NCBI GenBank assembly: GCA_963667175.2
Contig: CAXXXF010000003.1
Coordinates: 1-64,000, forward strand
Direction: 5' to 3'
Length of the DNA: 64,000 nucleotides
Source: Candidatus Latescibacterota bacterium
GTDB lineage: Bacteria; Latescibacterota; UBA2968; GCA-2709665
This document shows, piece after piece, positions 48,025 through 57,926 of the stretch. Each line of letters starts with the position of its first letter. Position 1 is the first letter of the stretch. The position numbers and the translations under genes were made by a program. The notes beneath the pieces are model-generated. The model had not been told where the DNA came from. It ran no database searches and saw only the letters and a list, made by a program, of their open reading frames with translations.

Positions 48025-49164
48025 ATGACCTATGACGCCATTGTCATCGGCGGGGGCATCGTAGGGACGTCCGCCGCCTACCATCTCGTCCGCGCCGGGG
48101 CGAGGACCCTGCTCATCGACCGGAGGGATAAGGGCCGCGCCACGGATGCAGGGGCCGGCATCCTCTCTCCCGCCACCAATACCCGGGACCCGGACCCCTG
48201 GCAGCGCCTGGCCGCTCATGCGGTCGGATATTATCCCGGACTGATCGAAAACCTGAAGGCCGAACAGGAGGGAGAGACCGGGTTTGCCGTCTGCGGCATG
48301 ATGATCGTCGCCGTCTCCGACGACGAACTGGAACCCTTCGACGTCGCCCGCCGGCACATTTTCAGCCGCCGGAGCCGGCAGGGCAGGCCCTCCGCGGAAG
48401 ACCTCTACGAGATATCGTCCGAGGAAGCCCGCAGCCGGTTTCCGGTCCTGGCCGACGTGCGGGGGGCCGTCTACTACCGCGAGGCAGCGCGCGTGGACGG
48501 CCGGCTCCTGACGGCCGCCCTGCGCCGTGCCGCGGAGGCCAGCGGCCTCACCGCCCGGGAGACGGGCGCAGAAGGGCTGCGAATCGACAACGATGCGGTC
48601 ACTGGCGTCGTCACGGACGCGGGGGCCGTATCGGCGGCTCACGTGGTTATCGCCGGCGGCGCGTGGTCGCACGCGTTCGGACGTCAACTGGGGGTGCAGA
48701 TCCCGGTGGAACCGCAGCGAGGCCAAATCATCCACCTGGGACTTCCGGACACCGCCGATACGTCATCCTGGCCCATCATCAGCGCCGTTCGCGGCCACTA
48801 TATGGTGCCCTGGCCGGACAACCGGGTGGTGGTGGGCGCCACGCGGGAAACCGGCTCCGGATTCGATGCCCGCACGTCGGCCGCGGGTGTGCGGGAGGTG
48901 CTCGGCGAGGCACTTCGGGTGGCGCCCGGCCTGGCCGCGGCGGAGATTCGCGAGATCCGGGTCGGCCTGCGCCCGTATACGCAGGATCTGTTGCCGGTGC
49001 TCGGCGACGTTCCCGGCCGGAGAAACGTCTACCTGGCAACCGGCCACGGGCCCACCGGCCTGCAACTGGGGCCGTACAGCGGCAAACTCATTGCCGACCT
49101 GATTCTGAATAGAGATCTTCCGGTTGAGCTGGATGCTTATCGAATCACTCGATTTCTGTCCTGA
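48025..49164 (+). CDS. FAD-dependent D-amino-acid/glycine oxidase family (DadA/ThiO/YurR-like)
   Basis: VIGGGIVG, ATDAGAGI, VGLRP, ATGHG..GL motifs. Confidence 0.88.
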   Translation: MTYDAIVIGGGIVGTSAAYHLVRAGARTLLIDRRDKGRATDAGAGILSPATNTRDPDPWQRLAAHAVGYYPGLIENLKAEQEGETGFAVCGMMIVAVSDDELEPFDVARRHIFSRRSRQGRPSAEDLYEISSEEARSRFPVLADVRGAVYYREAARVDGRLLTAALRRAAEASGLTARETGAEGLRIDNDAVTGVVTDAGAVSAAHVVIAGGAWSHAFGRQLGVQIPVEPQRGQIIHLGLPDTADTSSWPIISAVRGHYMVPWPDNRVVVGATRETGSGFDARTSAAGVREVLGEALRVAPGLAAAEIREIRVGLRPYTQDLLPVLGDVPGRRNVYLATGHGPTGLQLGPYSGKLIADLILNRDLPVELDAYRITRFLS

Positions 49165-49214
49165 GAGACCCGACGTCCGGCAAGGTCGCGGGAGAGAATC
49201 CATATCCGAGTCAG

Positions 49215-50234
49215 ATGAACCTGGAAAAAGCGATGGCCGCCCGAAACTTCAAATGTCTGGTCGTCCGCGACGAGGACGGCAAGTACGTCCGGCACGTGGA
49301 GCGCCGTACCGTCAACGATCTGCCGGACGGCGACGTACTCATCAGGGTCCACTACTCGTCTCTGAACTACAAGGACGCGCTTTCGGCCACCGGCCACCGC
49401 GGCGTCACCCGGCGCTATCCGCACACGCCCGGCATCGACGCCGCGGGCGTTGTGGAAGCAAGCACGGACGCACGCTTCAATCCGGGCGATGAAGTCATTG
49501 TCACCAGTTACGACCTGGGCATGAACACGCCCGGCGGATTCGGCCAGTACATCCGTGTACCCGCGTCGTGGATCGTGCCGCTGCCCGACGGACTTACCCT
49601 TCGGGAGTCCATGGTCTGCGGGACCGCCGGATTCACCGCCGCCATGTCGGTACACAGACTCGAATGCCACGGCATCACCCCGGACACCGGCGAGATTCTC
49701 GTTACCGGCGCTACGGGCGGCGTGGGCAGCATGGCCGTCGCCATCCTCGCGGGGCTCGGGTACACGGTTGTCGCGGCCACTGGCAAAGCGGACAGGGAGC
49801 GGTTCCTGCTCGACGTCGGCGCGGCCGAAGTCGTGGACCGCGGCGAGGTCGACGATGCCGGCGGACGTCCGCTCCTGGCGGAACGCTGGGCGGGCGTCGT
49901 GGATACGGCGGGTGGCAACATCCTGGCAACCGCCATCAAGTCGACGCGCAACCGGGGAATTGTGACGTGCTGCGGTCTCGTCGCTTCCGCGGAGCTAAGC
50001 GTCAGCGTCTTCCCGTTCATCCTGCGAGGCGTCAGCCTGCGGGGGATCGACTCCGCCGAGTGCCCGATGCCGGAGAGAACATCCCTCTGGAAAAAGATCG
50101 CGGGCCCCTGGAAGATCGACGCGATGGACGACCTGATGACGGAACGCACGCTTGAAACACTCGATCCGGAAATACAACGCATCCTCAAGGGCGAACAGAC
50201 GGGCAGGGTCGTCGTCAACCTGACAGAAGAATGA
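49215..50234 (+). CDS. YhdH/YhfP (AcuI-like) MDR oxidoreductase, putative acryloyl-CoA reductase
   Basis: SSLNYKDAL, PGIDAAG, GTAGFTAA, GATGGVGS, PFILRGV, GIDS motifs. Confidence 0.9.
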   Translation: MNLEKAMAARNFKCLVVRDEDGKYVRHVERRTVNDLPDGDVLIRVHYSSLNYKDALSATGHRGVTRRYPHTPGIDAAGVVEASTDARFNPGDEVIVTSYDLGMNTPGGFGQYIRVPASWIVPLPDGLTLRESMVCGTAGFTAAMSVHRLECHGITPDTGEILVTGATGGVGSMAVAILAGLGYTVVAATGKADRERFLLDVGAAEVVDRGEVDDAGGRPLLAERWAGVVDTAGGNILATAIKSTRNRGIVTCCGLVASAELSVSVFPFILRGVSLRGIDSAECPMPERTSLWKKIAGPWKIDAMDDLMTERTLETLDPEIQRILKGEQTGRVVVNLTEE

Positions 50235-51232
50235 ACCGCGTGAAGATCGGCGTCATCGGCCTGGGTCGATTCGGCGTCCAGCACGCCCGCGTCCTGGCCC
50301 AGCTGCCGCAGGTGGAACTCACCGCGGTCTGCTCGCGCTCTGCCGAACGCGCCGCGAGTGTCGCCTCAACATATAATGTACCCGGGCATTATACCGACTA
50401 TCGCCACCTGATACGTGACCCCGACGTCGAGGCGATCGACATCGTCACGGAAGTGGACCGGCACACCGAAATCGCCCTCGCCGCGCTTCGGTTGCGCAAG
50501 CACGTCTTCAGCGAAATCCTGCTGACCGACAGTCCGGCTGAGAACGACCGGCTTATCGATGAGGCTGGAAAAAGCGGCGCCGTATTCATGGTCGGCTTCC
50601 TCGAGCGGTTCGACGTGCGGCGCGCCAACGTCAAACAGAAAATCGACGCGGGTGAACTCGGCGAACTCGTCTCCATCTACGGCCGTCGCAACATCTGGCG
50701 CGGGATTCTCGATGCACCCCGTTTCAGACCCTGGCCTCTCGTGCTGCAGCCCGGGATTCACACCGTCGACCAGTTGCTCTGGATGGCCGGAGAGGACGTC
50801 CGGGAAGTCTATGCCCGATCGCGCAGTGTGGCGGAACCGGGCCGTCCGGATACGTGGTGGGCCATGCTCACCTTCGAAAGCGGTCTCGTCGGCGTCATCG
50901 AACAGAGCTTCTTCATGCCCGACGGGCGGCTCTACTGGTCCAACGCGGGCCTGGAAGTGGTGGGCACGGACGGGACGGCTCACATTACCGAACCGAACGA
51001 CGCCGCCTGGGTCTGGACCCGCGAAGCGACGTCCAGCCCGGACCTGTATCTCTCGCCGGAACTGCACGGCAGGATCGTCGGCGCGCTGGAGCAGGAACTC
51101 GCCCATTTCGCGGACTGCGTCATCGGAGGTCGGGATCCCGATCACGGCACACTGCGGGATGCGCGCGACGCGCTCCGGGTAGGCCTGGCCATCGTGGAAT
51201 CCGCGCGCGAACAGCGGGCGGTCCATTTGTAA
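50231..51232 (+). CDS. Gfo/Idh/MocA-family oxidoreductase
   Basis: GVIGLGRFG, VGFLERF, GIHTVD motifs. Confidence 0.85.
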   Translation: MNRVKIGVIGLGRFGVQHARVLAQLPQVELTAVCSRSAERAASVASTYNVPGHYTDYRHLIRDPDVEAIDIVTEVDRHTEIALAALRLRKHVFSEILLTDSPAENDRLIDEAGKSGAVFMVGFLERFDVRRANVKQKIDAGELGELVSIYGRRNIWRGILDAPRFRPWPLVLQPGIHTVDQLLWMAGEDVREVYARSRSVAEPGRPDTWWAMLTFESGLVGVIEQSFFMPDGRLYWSNAGLEVVGTDGTAHITEPNDAAWVWTREATSSPDLYLSPELHGRIVGALEQELAHFADCVIGGRDPDHGTLRDARDALRVGLAIVESAREQRAVHL

Positions 51233-51248
51233 ATAGTGAGGAGATTGT

Positions 51249-52556
51249 ATGACGATTTCCAGCGACACCTACCGGATCGGCGTGGCCGGTGAAGACGTCA
51301 CGCCTCCGGTGGGCATCTTCCTGGCCGGGTTCGCCGCCCGCACCGAACCCTCCACGGCCGTCTATCATCCTCTGAAAGCCAATGCCGTTGCCATTGACGA
51401 CGGCAGCGATCCGCTTCTCATCGTCAGCGCCGAAATCCTGGGTTTCTACGAACACACGCCGCATGTCCGGTCCCGCATTTCGGCGGCGACGGGTATCGCT
51501 CCTTCAAACGTCATTCTGAGCGGGTCCCACACCCACTGCGGTCCCTGCATCCGCGACATGGACCGGCAGCGCCACGGCGAACTGGACGAGGACTACATCG
51601 AGGAATTCTTCGAGAAGGTCACCCGTTGCGCGACAACCGCGTGGGAAAGCCGGTCGCCCGCCCGGCTTCGTTTCGGGACCGGGAACTGCGATATCGCCGT
51701 ATCCCGCCGGAAACCCGACGGGAAGGGCGGCGTTGAATGGAAGCCCGGCGCCGAAGCGCCACACGACCACGACGTGCCGGTCATGATCGTCGAATCTCCC
51801 CTCGGTGAGCTCCAAAGCGTCATTTTCAACTACGCGTGCCACCCCACCAGCCGGGCCGGCACGCTCATCGGGGGCGACTACGTCTGTTTCGCCTGCGACC
51901 ACGTGGAATCGATGTACCCGGGCGTCACCGCGTTCTTCCTCCAGGGCTGCGCGGGAGACCAGAAAACAAAACCGGTCGACCGCGCGTCAGACACCTTCGG
52001 ACACCGGACGATCGATGAAATCCGCGACATCGGGGTCCAGCTTGGCGAAACCGTTGCCGGCGTCGTCGCGTCGGACGGTCTCGAGCCGGTTGGCGGTCCT
52101 GTTTCCGTGCGTCAAACCGTTCTCGGCCTGGATACCGAACCCATCGACATGGACCTCGTGAGAGCCGGCCTGAATGACAACCGGACGTTCGTGCAGGCCT
52201 GGGCCCGCCATCTTTTCGACTGCGTCGAGAACGAAACTCCGGTCGCCACCAGCATCCCGTTTGAAATCCAGACCGTGCGTTTCGGAAACACCCTGGCGGT
52301 CGTCACGCTTGCGGGAGAAATGACGGTCGAGCACGGCCTGCGCCTGAAACGGGAACTGGGCCCGCACTTCGGCAATGTACTGGCGCTGGCGTATACCAAC
52401 GACATTGTCGGTTACGTACCGGTCAGACGCCAGATCCCCGAAGGCGGCTACGAAGTCTGGTTCAGCCAGCAGTACTGGAAACGCACGGGACCCTACGTGC
52501 CCGCCACCGAAGACCGGATTCACACCGCCGTGAGACGGTCCCTCGACGTCACATAG
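51249..52556 (+). CDS. Neutral/alkaline ceramidase-like amidohydrolase
   Basis: DVTPP, GFAAR, SHTHCGP, NYACHPT, QGCAGD, LAGE, GGYE motifs. Confidence 0.8.
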   Translation: MTISSDTYRIGVAGEDVTPPVGIFLAGFAARTEPSTAVYHPLKANAVAIDDGSDPLLIVSAEILGFYEHTPHVRSRISAATGIAPSNVILSGSHTHCGPCIRDMDRQRHGELDEDYIEEFFEKVTRCATTAWESRSPARLRFGTGNCDIAVSRRKPDGKGGVEWKPGAEAPHDHDVPVMIVESPLGELQSVIFNYACHPTSRAGTLIGGDYVCFACDHVESMYPGVTAFFLQGCAGDQKTKPVDRASDTFGHRTIDEIRDIGVQLGETVAGVVASDGLEPVGGPVSVRQTVLGLDTEPIDMDLVRAGLNDNRTFVQAWARHLFDCVENETPVATSIPFEIQTVRFGNTLAVVTLAGEMTVEHGLRLKRELGPHFGNVLALAYTNDIVGYVPVRRQIPEGGYEVWFSQQYWKRTGPYVPATEDRIHTAVRRSLDVT

Positions 52557-52600
52557 GATTGGAAAGGCCGAAACAATCCTGCATCTCTGGCTCGGCCGAT

Positions 52601-54508
52601 ATGACAGACGCGTTGCCCGAAATCGCCCTGGTCCAGATGGACGTGAAGCCGGGGCGGCCGGACCTGAACGTGGACCGGATGCTGCGTTACATCGACATGG
52701 CGCGGGAGGCGGGCGCGGACCTGGTCGTATTTTCGGAACTCTGCATTTCCGGCTACATCCTGGGCGACCTGTGGGAGGTGGACGCGCTCGTCGAGGATTT
52801 CGCGTCATACAGCGAAACGATCCGCGAGGCCAGCGGGGACATTGTCGTACTGTTCGGAAACGTGACGGTGGACCGGACGAACATCGGTGAGGACGGCCGC
52901 ATACGCAAGTACAATGCCGTCCACGTCTGCGCCGACGGCCGCTACGTGGCGCGCGAAAACGTCCCGGCCGGGCTTCCCTCGGGCGTACAGCCCAAGACGC
53001 TGCATCCGAACTACCGGTTCTTCGACGACGACCGCCACTTCTACTCGCTCCGCAAACTCGCCGATGCCCGCGGGGGCTCGGTTTACGACTGGACAGAGCC
53101 GTTCGAGGTCCGCCTGAGGGACGGCCGGACGTTCCGGTTCGGCGTGCAACTCTGCGAGGACATCTGGTGCCAGGACTACGGTTACGAGGACGATATCCTG
53201 GATACGCTCCGCGTCTTCCACGAACGCGGGTCGCAGGCGCTGTTCAATCTGTCCTCGTCCCCCTGGACCTGGCAGAAGAACGTGAAGCGAAACCGGGTCG
53301 TCAGGGAGATTCTGCGTCGTTCTCCCGTTCCCGTCTTCTACTGCAACCACGTTGGGGCGCAGAACAACGGCAAGAACATCATCGTCTTCGACGGAGATAC
53401 GACGGTCTATTCCCCCGAGGGCGACATTCTGCGCCGCGCGCGTCCCTGGCGGGAGCAGATGGTCCTGAGCCGGGGCGGAGACCCGCCGGCGGCTTCCCAG
53501 GACGAGATCGCCGCGATCTACGATGCCATCCTGACCGGACTGCGGCATCTGGACGATATCCGCGAGGAGGAGAACCGGTTTCTGGTTGGCGTCAGCGGGG
53601 GCATCGACTCGAGCGTGACCGTATCCATCCTCGCGCAGACCTTCGGACCGGAGCGGGTATTCGCGGTGAATATGCCCACGCGGTTCAACGCGTCCATCAC
53701 CAGGAACAACGCGAGGCACGTCTGCCGTACCCTCGAGGTGGACTATTTGAGCTGCCCGATCCAGGACCTGTACGAGGCCCTGTCCGAGAAGATCAAAGGC
53801 GTGCGCTTTTCCAGGTCGCCGGGCGACTATACCCGCCTGGTGGACGAGAACCTTCAGGCGCGCATCCGCGGGGCGGATATCCTGCCCGCGCTGGCCGCGA
53901 AGTTCGGGCTGGTCTTCACCAACAACGGCAACAAGACCGAAACAGCGCTGGGTTACGCCACGCTGTACGGCGACGTGAACGGCGCCGTGGCGCCGATTGC
54001 GGACCTCTACAAAGTGCAGGTGTTGCAACTGGCCCGGTTCCTGAACGAACAGGTTTTCTTCAGGGAGGTCATCCCGGATAACCTGATCAGCGGGGAGACG
54101 GCGCCCAGCGCGGAACTGTCGGACGCCCAGGACGTGACCCGGGGCCTGGGGGACCCGATCAAGTACGGATACCACGATGCAGTTCTGCGCCAGATCATCG
54201 AATACCGGAAAGACCCGGTCGATTTTCTGCAATGGTTCGTGGACGGCGTCCTGCTGGATGAGATCGGGTGGAACGACCTCGGGAAGTTCCGTGCCTGGTT
54301 TCCCGACGTGAGCGGCTGGATAGAAGACCTGGAATGGGTCGCGCGGCAGGTGCGGATCAACTACTTCAAGCGCGTCCAGGCGCCGCCGATCATTGTGCTC
54401 AGCAAACGGGCGTTCGGGTTCGACCTGCGCGAGAGCCAGTTGCCGTCCTATCAAACCCGGCGCGACGGGGAATTGAAAGCGCTGGCGCTCTCGATGGAGA
54501 TACCATAA
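52601..54508 (+). CDS. nadE: Glutamine-dependent NAD+ synthetase
   Basis: Nitrilase domain (FSEL, K..PNY..FDD, LCEDIW) plus SGGIDS, ENLQARIRG, NKTE..LGYATLYGD, PSAEL. Confidence 0.94.
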   Translation: MTDALPEIALVQMDVKPGRPDLNVDRMLRYIDMAREAGADLVVFSELCISGYILGDLWEVDALVEDFASYSETIREASGDIVVLFGNVTVDRTNIGEDGRIRKYNAVHVCADGRYVARENVPAGLPSGVQPKTLHPNYRFFDDDRHFYSLRKLADARGGSVYDWTEPFEVRLRDGRTFRFGVQLCEDIWCQDYGYEDDILDTLRVFHERGSQALFNLSSSPWTWQKNVKRNRVVREILRRSPVPVFYCNHVGAQNNGKNIIVFDGDTTVYSPEGDILRRARPWREQMVLSRGGDPPAASQDEIAAIYDAILTGLRHLDDIREEENRFLVGVSGGIDSSVTVSILAQTFGPERVFAVNMPTRFNASITRNNARHVCRTLEVDYLSCPIQDLYEALSEKIKGVRFSRSPGDYTRLVDENLQARIRGADILPALAAKFGLVFTNNGNKTETALGYATLYGDVNGAVAPIADLYKVQVLQLARFLNEQVFFREVIPDNLISGETAPSAELSDAQDVTRGLGDPIKYGYHDAVLRQIIEYRKDPVDFLQWFVDGVLLDEIGWNDLGKFRAWFPDVSGWIEDLEWVARQVRINYFKRVQAPPIIVLSKRAFGFDLRESQLPSYQTRRDGELKALALSMEIP

Positions 54509-54517
54509 GAGCTCACA

Positions 54518-54618
54518 GCTATCAGCGGTCAGCCATCAGCTTGAAGCAAGCCAGAACCGAAAAAAAAATCGTTTACAGCGCCGATGTTGAATTTGTAGGG
54601 GCGGTTCGCGAACCGCCC
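54518..54618 (+). repeat. Heptamer repeat element followed by a GTAG-REP
   Basis: AGCTATCAGCGGTCAGCCATCAGCTTGAAGCA; GTAG-GGGCGGTTCGCGAACCGCCC at 54595-54618. Confidence 0.8.
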
Positions 54619-54677
54619 GCAAATCGGCGCAGGTTCCGGGAAACCGCCGAAGACGAATTTCGAAGAGGTGATCAGGA

Positions 54678-55556
54678 GTGACCTCAATTAAAGACGCAAT
54701 TTCCCATATAGAGGGAACCGTAGGCCTGTCTGCCAGACACCTGGAAACCGGGCGGGAGATTCATCACAATGCCGATGACGTGTTCTTCACCGCCAGCACG
54801 CTGAAAGTGCCCATCCTCGTCGAACTCTACCGCCAGGTGGACCGGGGCAGAATCGATCTGAATCGGCGCTTCGAACTCAGCGACGATCTTCGCGTTCCCG
54901 GCTCGGGCATCCTCAAGGAAATGGCTCCGGGCCTCAACCCAACCGTGCACGATCTGGCCATGCTGATGATCATCATCAGCGACAACACCGCAACGGATAT
55001 TCTCTATAACCTGGTTGGCGGAGACAATCTGAACGAAACGATGCGGGAACTCGGACTCCTGAAGACCCGCATCCCTATGACGGTCAGACAACTGCTCTTC
55101 AGCGTCGTGGGTCTGGATCCCGGGAATCCGGACCATTCCTATGAAACCTGCGCCAGCCGGCTCTTCAACCAGGAATACGTACTCGACGGCGCGGGATACG
55201 ACGTCGACCGGTCCGATGTTTCCTCACCCGGCGATATGTGCAGGCTGCTGGAATTGCTGGTTTCGGGCGATCTGCTGTCGACCGCGTCCCGGAACGGCGC
55301 CCTGAACATCCTGAAGCGCCAACAGCTCAGGACCGTGATTCCCCATGCGCTGCCCGTTGGGATCGACGTTGCGCACAAGACGGGCTTCTACCACGGCGTG
55401 CGCGCCGACGTGGGCATCGTCTTTTCGGCGGCCGGTCCATATGCCGTTGCCATCATGGCCAAAGACGTGACGTGCTCCGACCGGCTTGTCTTCGACCTCA
55501 GCCTCGCCGCGCTTTCAAGGGCGGTGTTCGACACGCTGGTCGAATCGCCCCGATGA
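54678..55556 (+). CDS. Class A beta-lactamase-like serine hydrolase
   Basis: SxxK (STLK), SDN and HKTG motifs; no signal peptide. Confidence 0.85.
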   Translation: MTSIKDAISHIEGTVGLSARHLETGREIHHNADDVFFTASTLKVPILVELYRQVDRGRIDLNRRFELSDDLRVPGSGILKEMAPGLNPTVHDLAMLMIIISDNTATDILYNLVGGDNLNETMRELGLLKTRIPMTVRQLLFSVVGLDPGNPDHSYETCASRLFNQEYVLDGAGYDVDRSDVSSPGDMCRLLELLVSGDLLSTASRNGALNILKRQQLRTVIPHALPVGIDVAHKTGFYHGVRADVGIVFSAAGPYAVAIMAKDVTCSDRLVFDLSLAALSRAVFDTLVESPR

Positions 55557-55578
55557 AGAATCGAAGGAGACCCGCCAG

Positions 55579-56301
55579 GTGGAGAAGCCCGATGACAGCA
55601 ACATGGACGCGCTCAGGAACTCCCGGTATCCGGGACGCGGAATCGTCATCGGGCAGACGCCCGACGCTCGATACTTCGTCCAGGTCTACTGGATCATGGG
55701 GCGCAGCGCGGGGAGCCGGAACCGCGTCTTCGTTGCCGACGGCAATACGGTCAGGACCCGGGCCCTTGACGAATCCGCGCTCGAGAACCCCGCCCTGGTT
55801 GTGTACCGTCCCGTGAGAGTCTTGAATGGCTGCCACGTAGTCTCCAACGGCGACCATACGGACACCATCATTGACGCGATTCAAGGCGGCGGTACCTTCG
55901 AATCCGCGCTGAATACCCGGACCTTCGAGCCCGACCCGCCGATCCTCACCCCCCGGATCGCCGGAATCGTCGACCTGGAGGACCCATGCGCGGCCTACAA
56001 GCTTGCGATCCTCAAGGCCGTGGGTCCAAGCGGCGATGCCGCCGCCAGGCACTACTTCAATTACGAGAAGGCGATCCCCGGTATCGGCCACTGCGTCTCG
56101 ACGTACAGCGACGACGGAGACCCGCCGCCCGCGTTTTCAGGCGAACCGTATGCCGTCGAACTGCACAACAGGATTGAAACGACCCGTGACGCTTACTGGG
56201 AGGTGCTGAACAGGGAAAACAGAGTCTCCCTGCTGGTCAAATTCATCCACGTCGCGTCGGGAAAAACCGATCTCAGCATCGTCAACAGGTACCAGGCATA
56301 G
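55579..56301 (+). CDS. IMP cyclohydrolase-like protein (PurO/Ntn fold)
   Basis: YPGRGIVIG, YWIMGRSAGSRNR, VSNGDHTD, EPDPP..TPRI; RBS AAGGAG before the GTG. Confidence 0.85.
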   Translation: MEKPDDSNMDALRNSRYPGRGIVIGQTPDARYFVQVYWIMGRSAGSRNRVFVADGNTVRTRALDESALENPALVVYRPVRVLNGCHVVSNGDHTDTIIDAIQGGGTFESALNTRTFEPDPPILTPRIAGIVDLEDPCAAYKLAILKAVGPSGDAAARHYFNYEKAIPGIGHCVSTYSDDGDPPPAFSGEPYAVELHNRIETTRDAYWEVLNRENRVSLLVKFIHVASGKTDLSIVNRYQA

Positions 56302-56303
56302 AT

Positions 56304-57020
56304 ATGGCGGCTACCCTCAAACACTTCTGGCCCGCGATCGCCTGCGCCATCGTCGCGCTCGCGTTCTGGGACACGCCCTACGTCAAACCGTTCAAGGTCT
56401 TTATGGTCCAGGTACACGAAATGGGCCACGCGGCCGCGACAATCGGCACCGGGGGCGAGGTCCTTGAAATCCGCGTCAACTGGGATGAATCCGGTCACGC
56501 GATGAGCCGGGGCGGCATTTTTCCGATCATCGCGTCGGCCGGGTACGTCGGTTCCGCCTTTCTGGGCGCCGTTTTCATCTACGTCAGCCTGTGGCCCCTG
56601 CTGCAACGGATCCTGCTTGCCGGGATCGGCTGCCTTTCCATCGGGATGGCGGTACTCTACACTCCATTGGGTAGCGTCGATTTCGCGTTCGGAATTGCGA
56701 GCGGCTTCGTTCTTCTGGTACCGTCCGTCCTGCTGCCGCGAGTTGCGCGCTGGGTGGCCACCTGGGTGGGCGTGATGCTCTGTCTCTACAGCCTCTACGA
56801 CTTCCGCACCGATCTCTGGCTGTATACCGAGCGCACCGATGCCGGCATCCTCGCCCGACATTGGGGCGCGCCGCTTCTGGCCTATCCGATCGCCCTGGTC
56901 TGGGCGCTGATCTCCGTGTACGCGATGTATCGATCCATGAGGTCGGTCGTGCGGAGGGGCCAAAACCTGGACACGCGTGACACCTCTAAAGGTGACGCGG
57001 TTTCCCCAGGCGGGGCGTGA
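56304..57020 (+). CDS. M50B-family membrane metallopeptidase
   Basis: HEMGH, SAGY, TDA motifs; multiple TM segments. Confidence 0.85.
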   Translation: MAATLKHFWPAIACAIVALAFWDTPYVKPFKVFMVQVHEMGHAAATIGTGGEVLEIRVNWDESGHAMSRGGIFPIIASAGYVGSAFLGAVFIYVSLWPLLQRILLAGIGCLSIGMAVLYTPLGSVDFAFGIASGFVLLVPSVLLPRVARWVATWVGVMLCLYSLYDFRTDLWLYTERTDAGILARHWGAPLLAYPIALVWALISVYAMYRSMRSVVRRGQNLDTRDTSKGDAVSPGGA

Positions 57021-57075
57021 GCCGAGGTTTTCGCGGGTCCGCGCCGCTCCAAAGCAATTTCCGAGGTTGTCCTCT

Positions 57076-57837
57076 ATGCATACGAGCCAAGTCCTGTCCG
57101 CTACGGATTTCCAATATTGGCAACGCGGCGCGAACGGTCCCGCTCGCGTACCCTTCGCGGCCTTCTGTCCCGACTACGAGGCGTCCGACCGCACGGGATT
57201 CGTCTCGCCCTGCCTGGAAGACGGCATCCTGCACGCCTCGCATGCGATTCTGGCGCTCACCACGGCGTTTTACGATGCCTGGCGCGCCAGGGCCGATGAC
57301 TTCTTCATCTACCCCCAGCACTTCGCCATTCTCGACATTTCGTCGGAAGGGGTCAATTCCGGAAGCGGACGCCTGCGCCTGGACGGGGACCGCCTGGGGT
57401 GGCCGTGGGGCAACCTGGACGTGTGGCCCGACTCGCAATGGATTCCGTCGGACGGCAGCGTTTCCGGCGCGCTGAAGAACGCGTTCGATCTCCACGTTAA
57501 CCGACTCTTCTGGCCCGAGTCATTTACCCCCGGCGCCCGCGAAAACCGTCTGCCCGAGTACGCGCTCAAGATCATGAGGACCCGCCTGAAGGCGGTGTAT
57601 TTCTACGGGTCCGAAGAGCCCGATATCGAGATTCGCGCGAGATCGAACGCGAATGAGGTCGCGGCGCAAAGCGTTTGGAGGCTGTCCCAACTCGAAGGGC
57701 TGTCGGCGGAGCATCTGCAGGTCGCGGGCGAAGAGGAAGATTCCGGAACAGGCCACTGTTACGTCGAACGGTATCGCAGGGTAGACCCCGGACAATTCCT
57801 GGAAGCCATGAGCGCCTGCTTCGAGAGCGGCGGGTGA
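57076..57837 (+). CDS. Hypothetical protein
   Basis: Long ORF in an operon-like position; no family recognised. Start set at MHTSQ. Confidence 0.6.
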   Translation: MHTSQVLSATDFQYWQRGANGPARVPFAAFCPDYEASDRTGFVSPCLEDGILHASHAILALTTAFYDAWRARADDFFIYPQHFAILDISSEGVNSGSGRLRLDGDRLGWPWGNLDVWPDSQWIPSDGSVSGALKNAFDLHVNRLFWPESFTPGARENRLPEYALKIMRTRLKAVYFYGSEEPDIEIRARSNANEVAAQSVWRLSQLEGLSAEHLQVAGEEEDSGTGHCYVERYRRVDPGQFLEAMSACFESGG

Positions 57838-57926
57838 GGTTCGATCCCATCGCTCCTCGGCCTCATATTCACCTGCGCTTCCTCAGCGTTTCGACCAAAA
57901 CGAAGGCTTGACCCTCGAGGTCTCCC

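Noticed and set aside
49215-50234. DMSP catabolic cluster
   Set aside because: An AcuI-like gene is present, but no dmd or ddd genes are nearby.
54678-55556. Bona fide antibiotic resistance gene
   Set aside because: No signal peptide and no clear class A omega-loop ExxLN motif.
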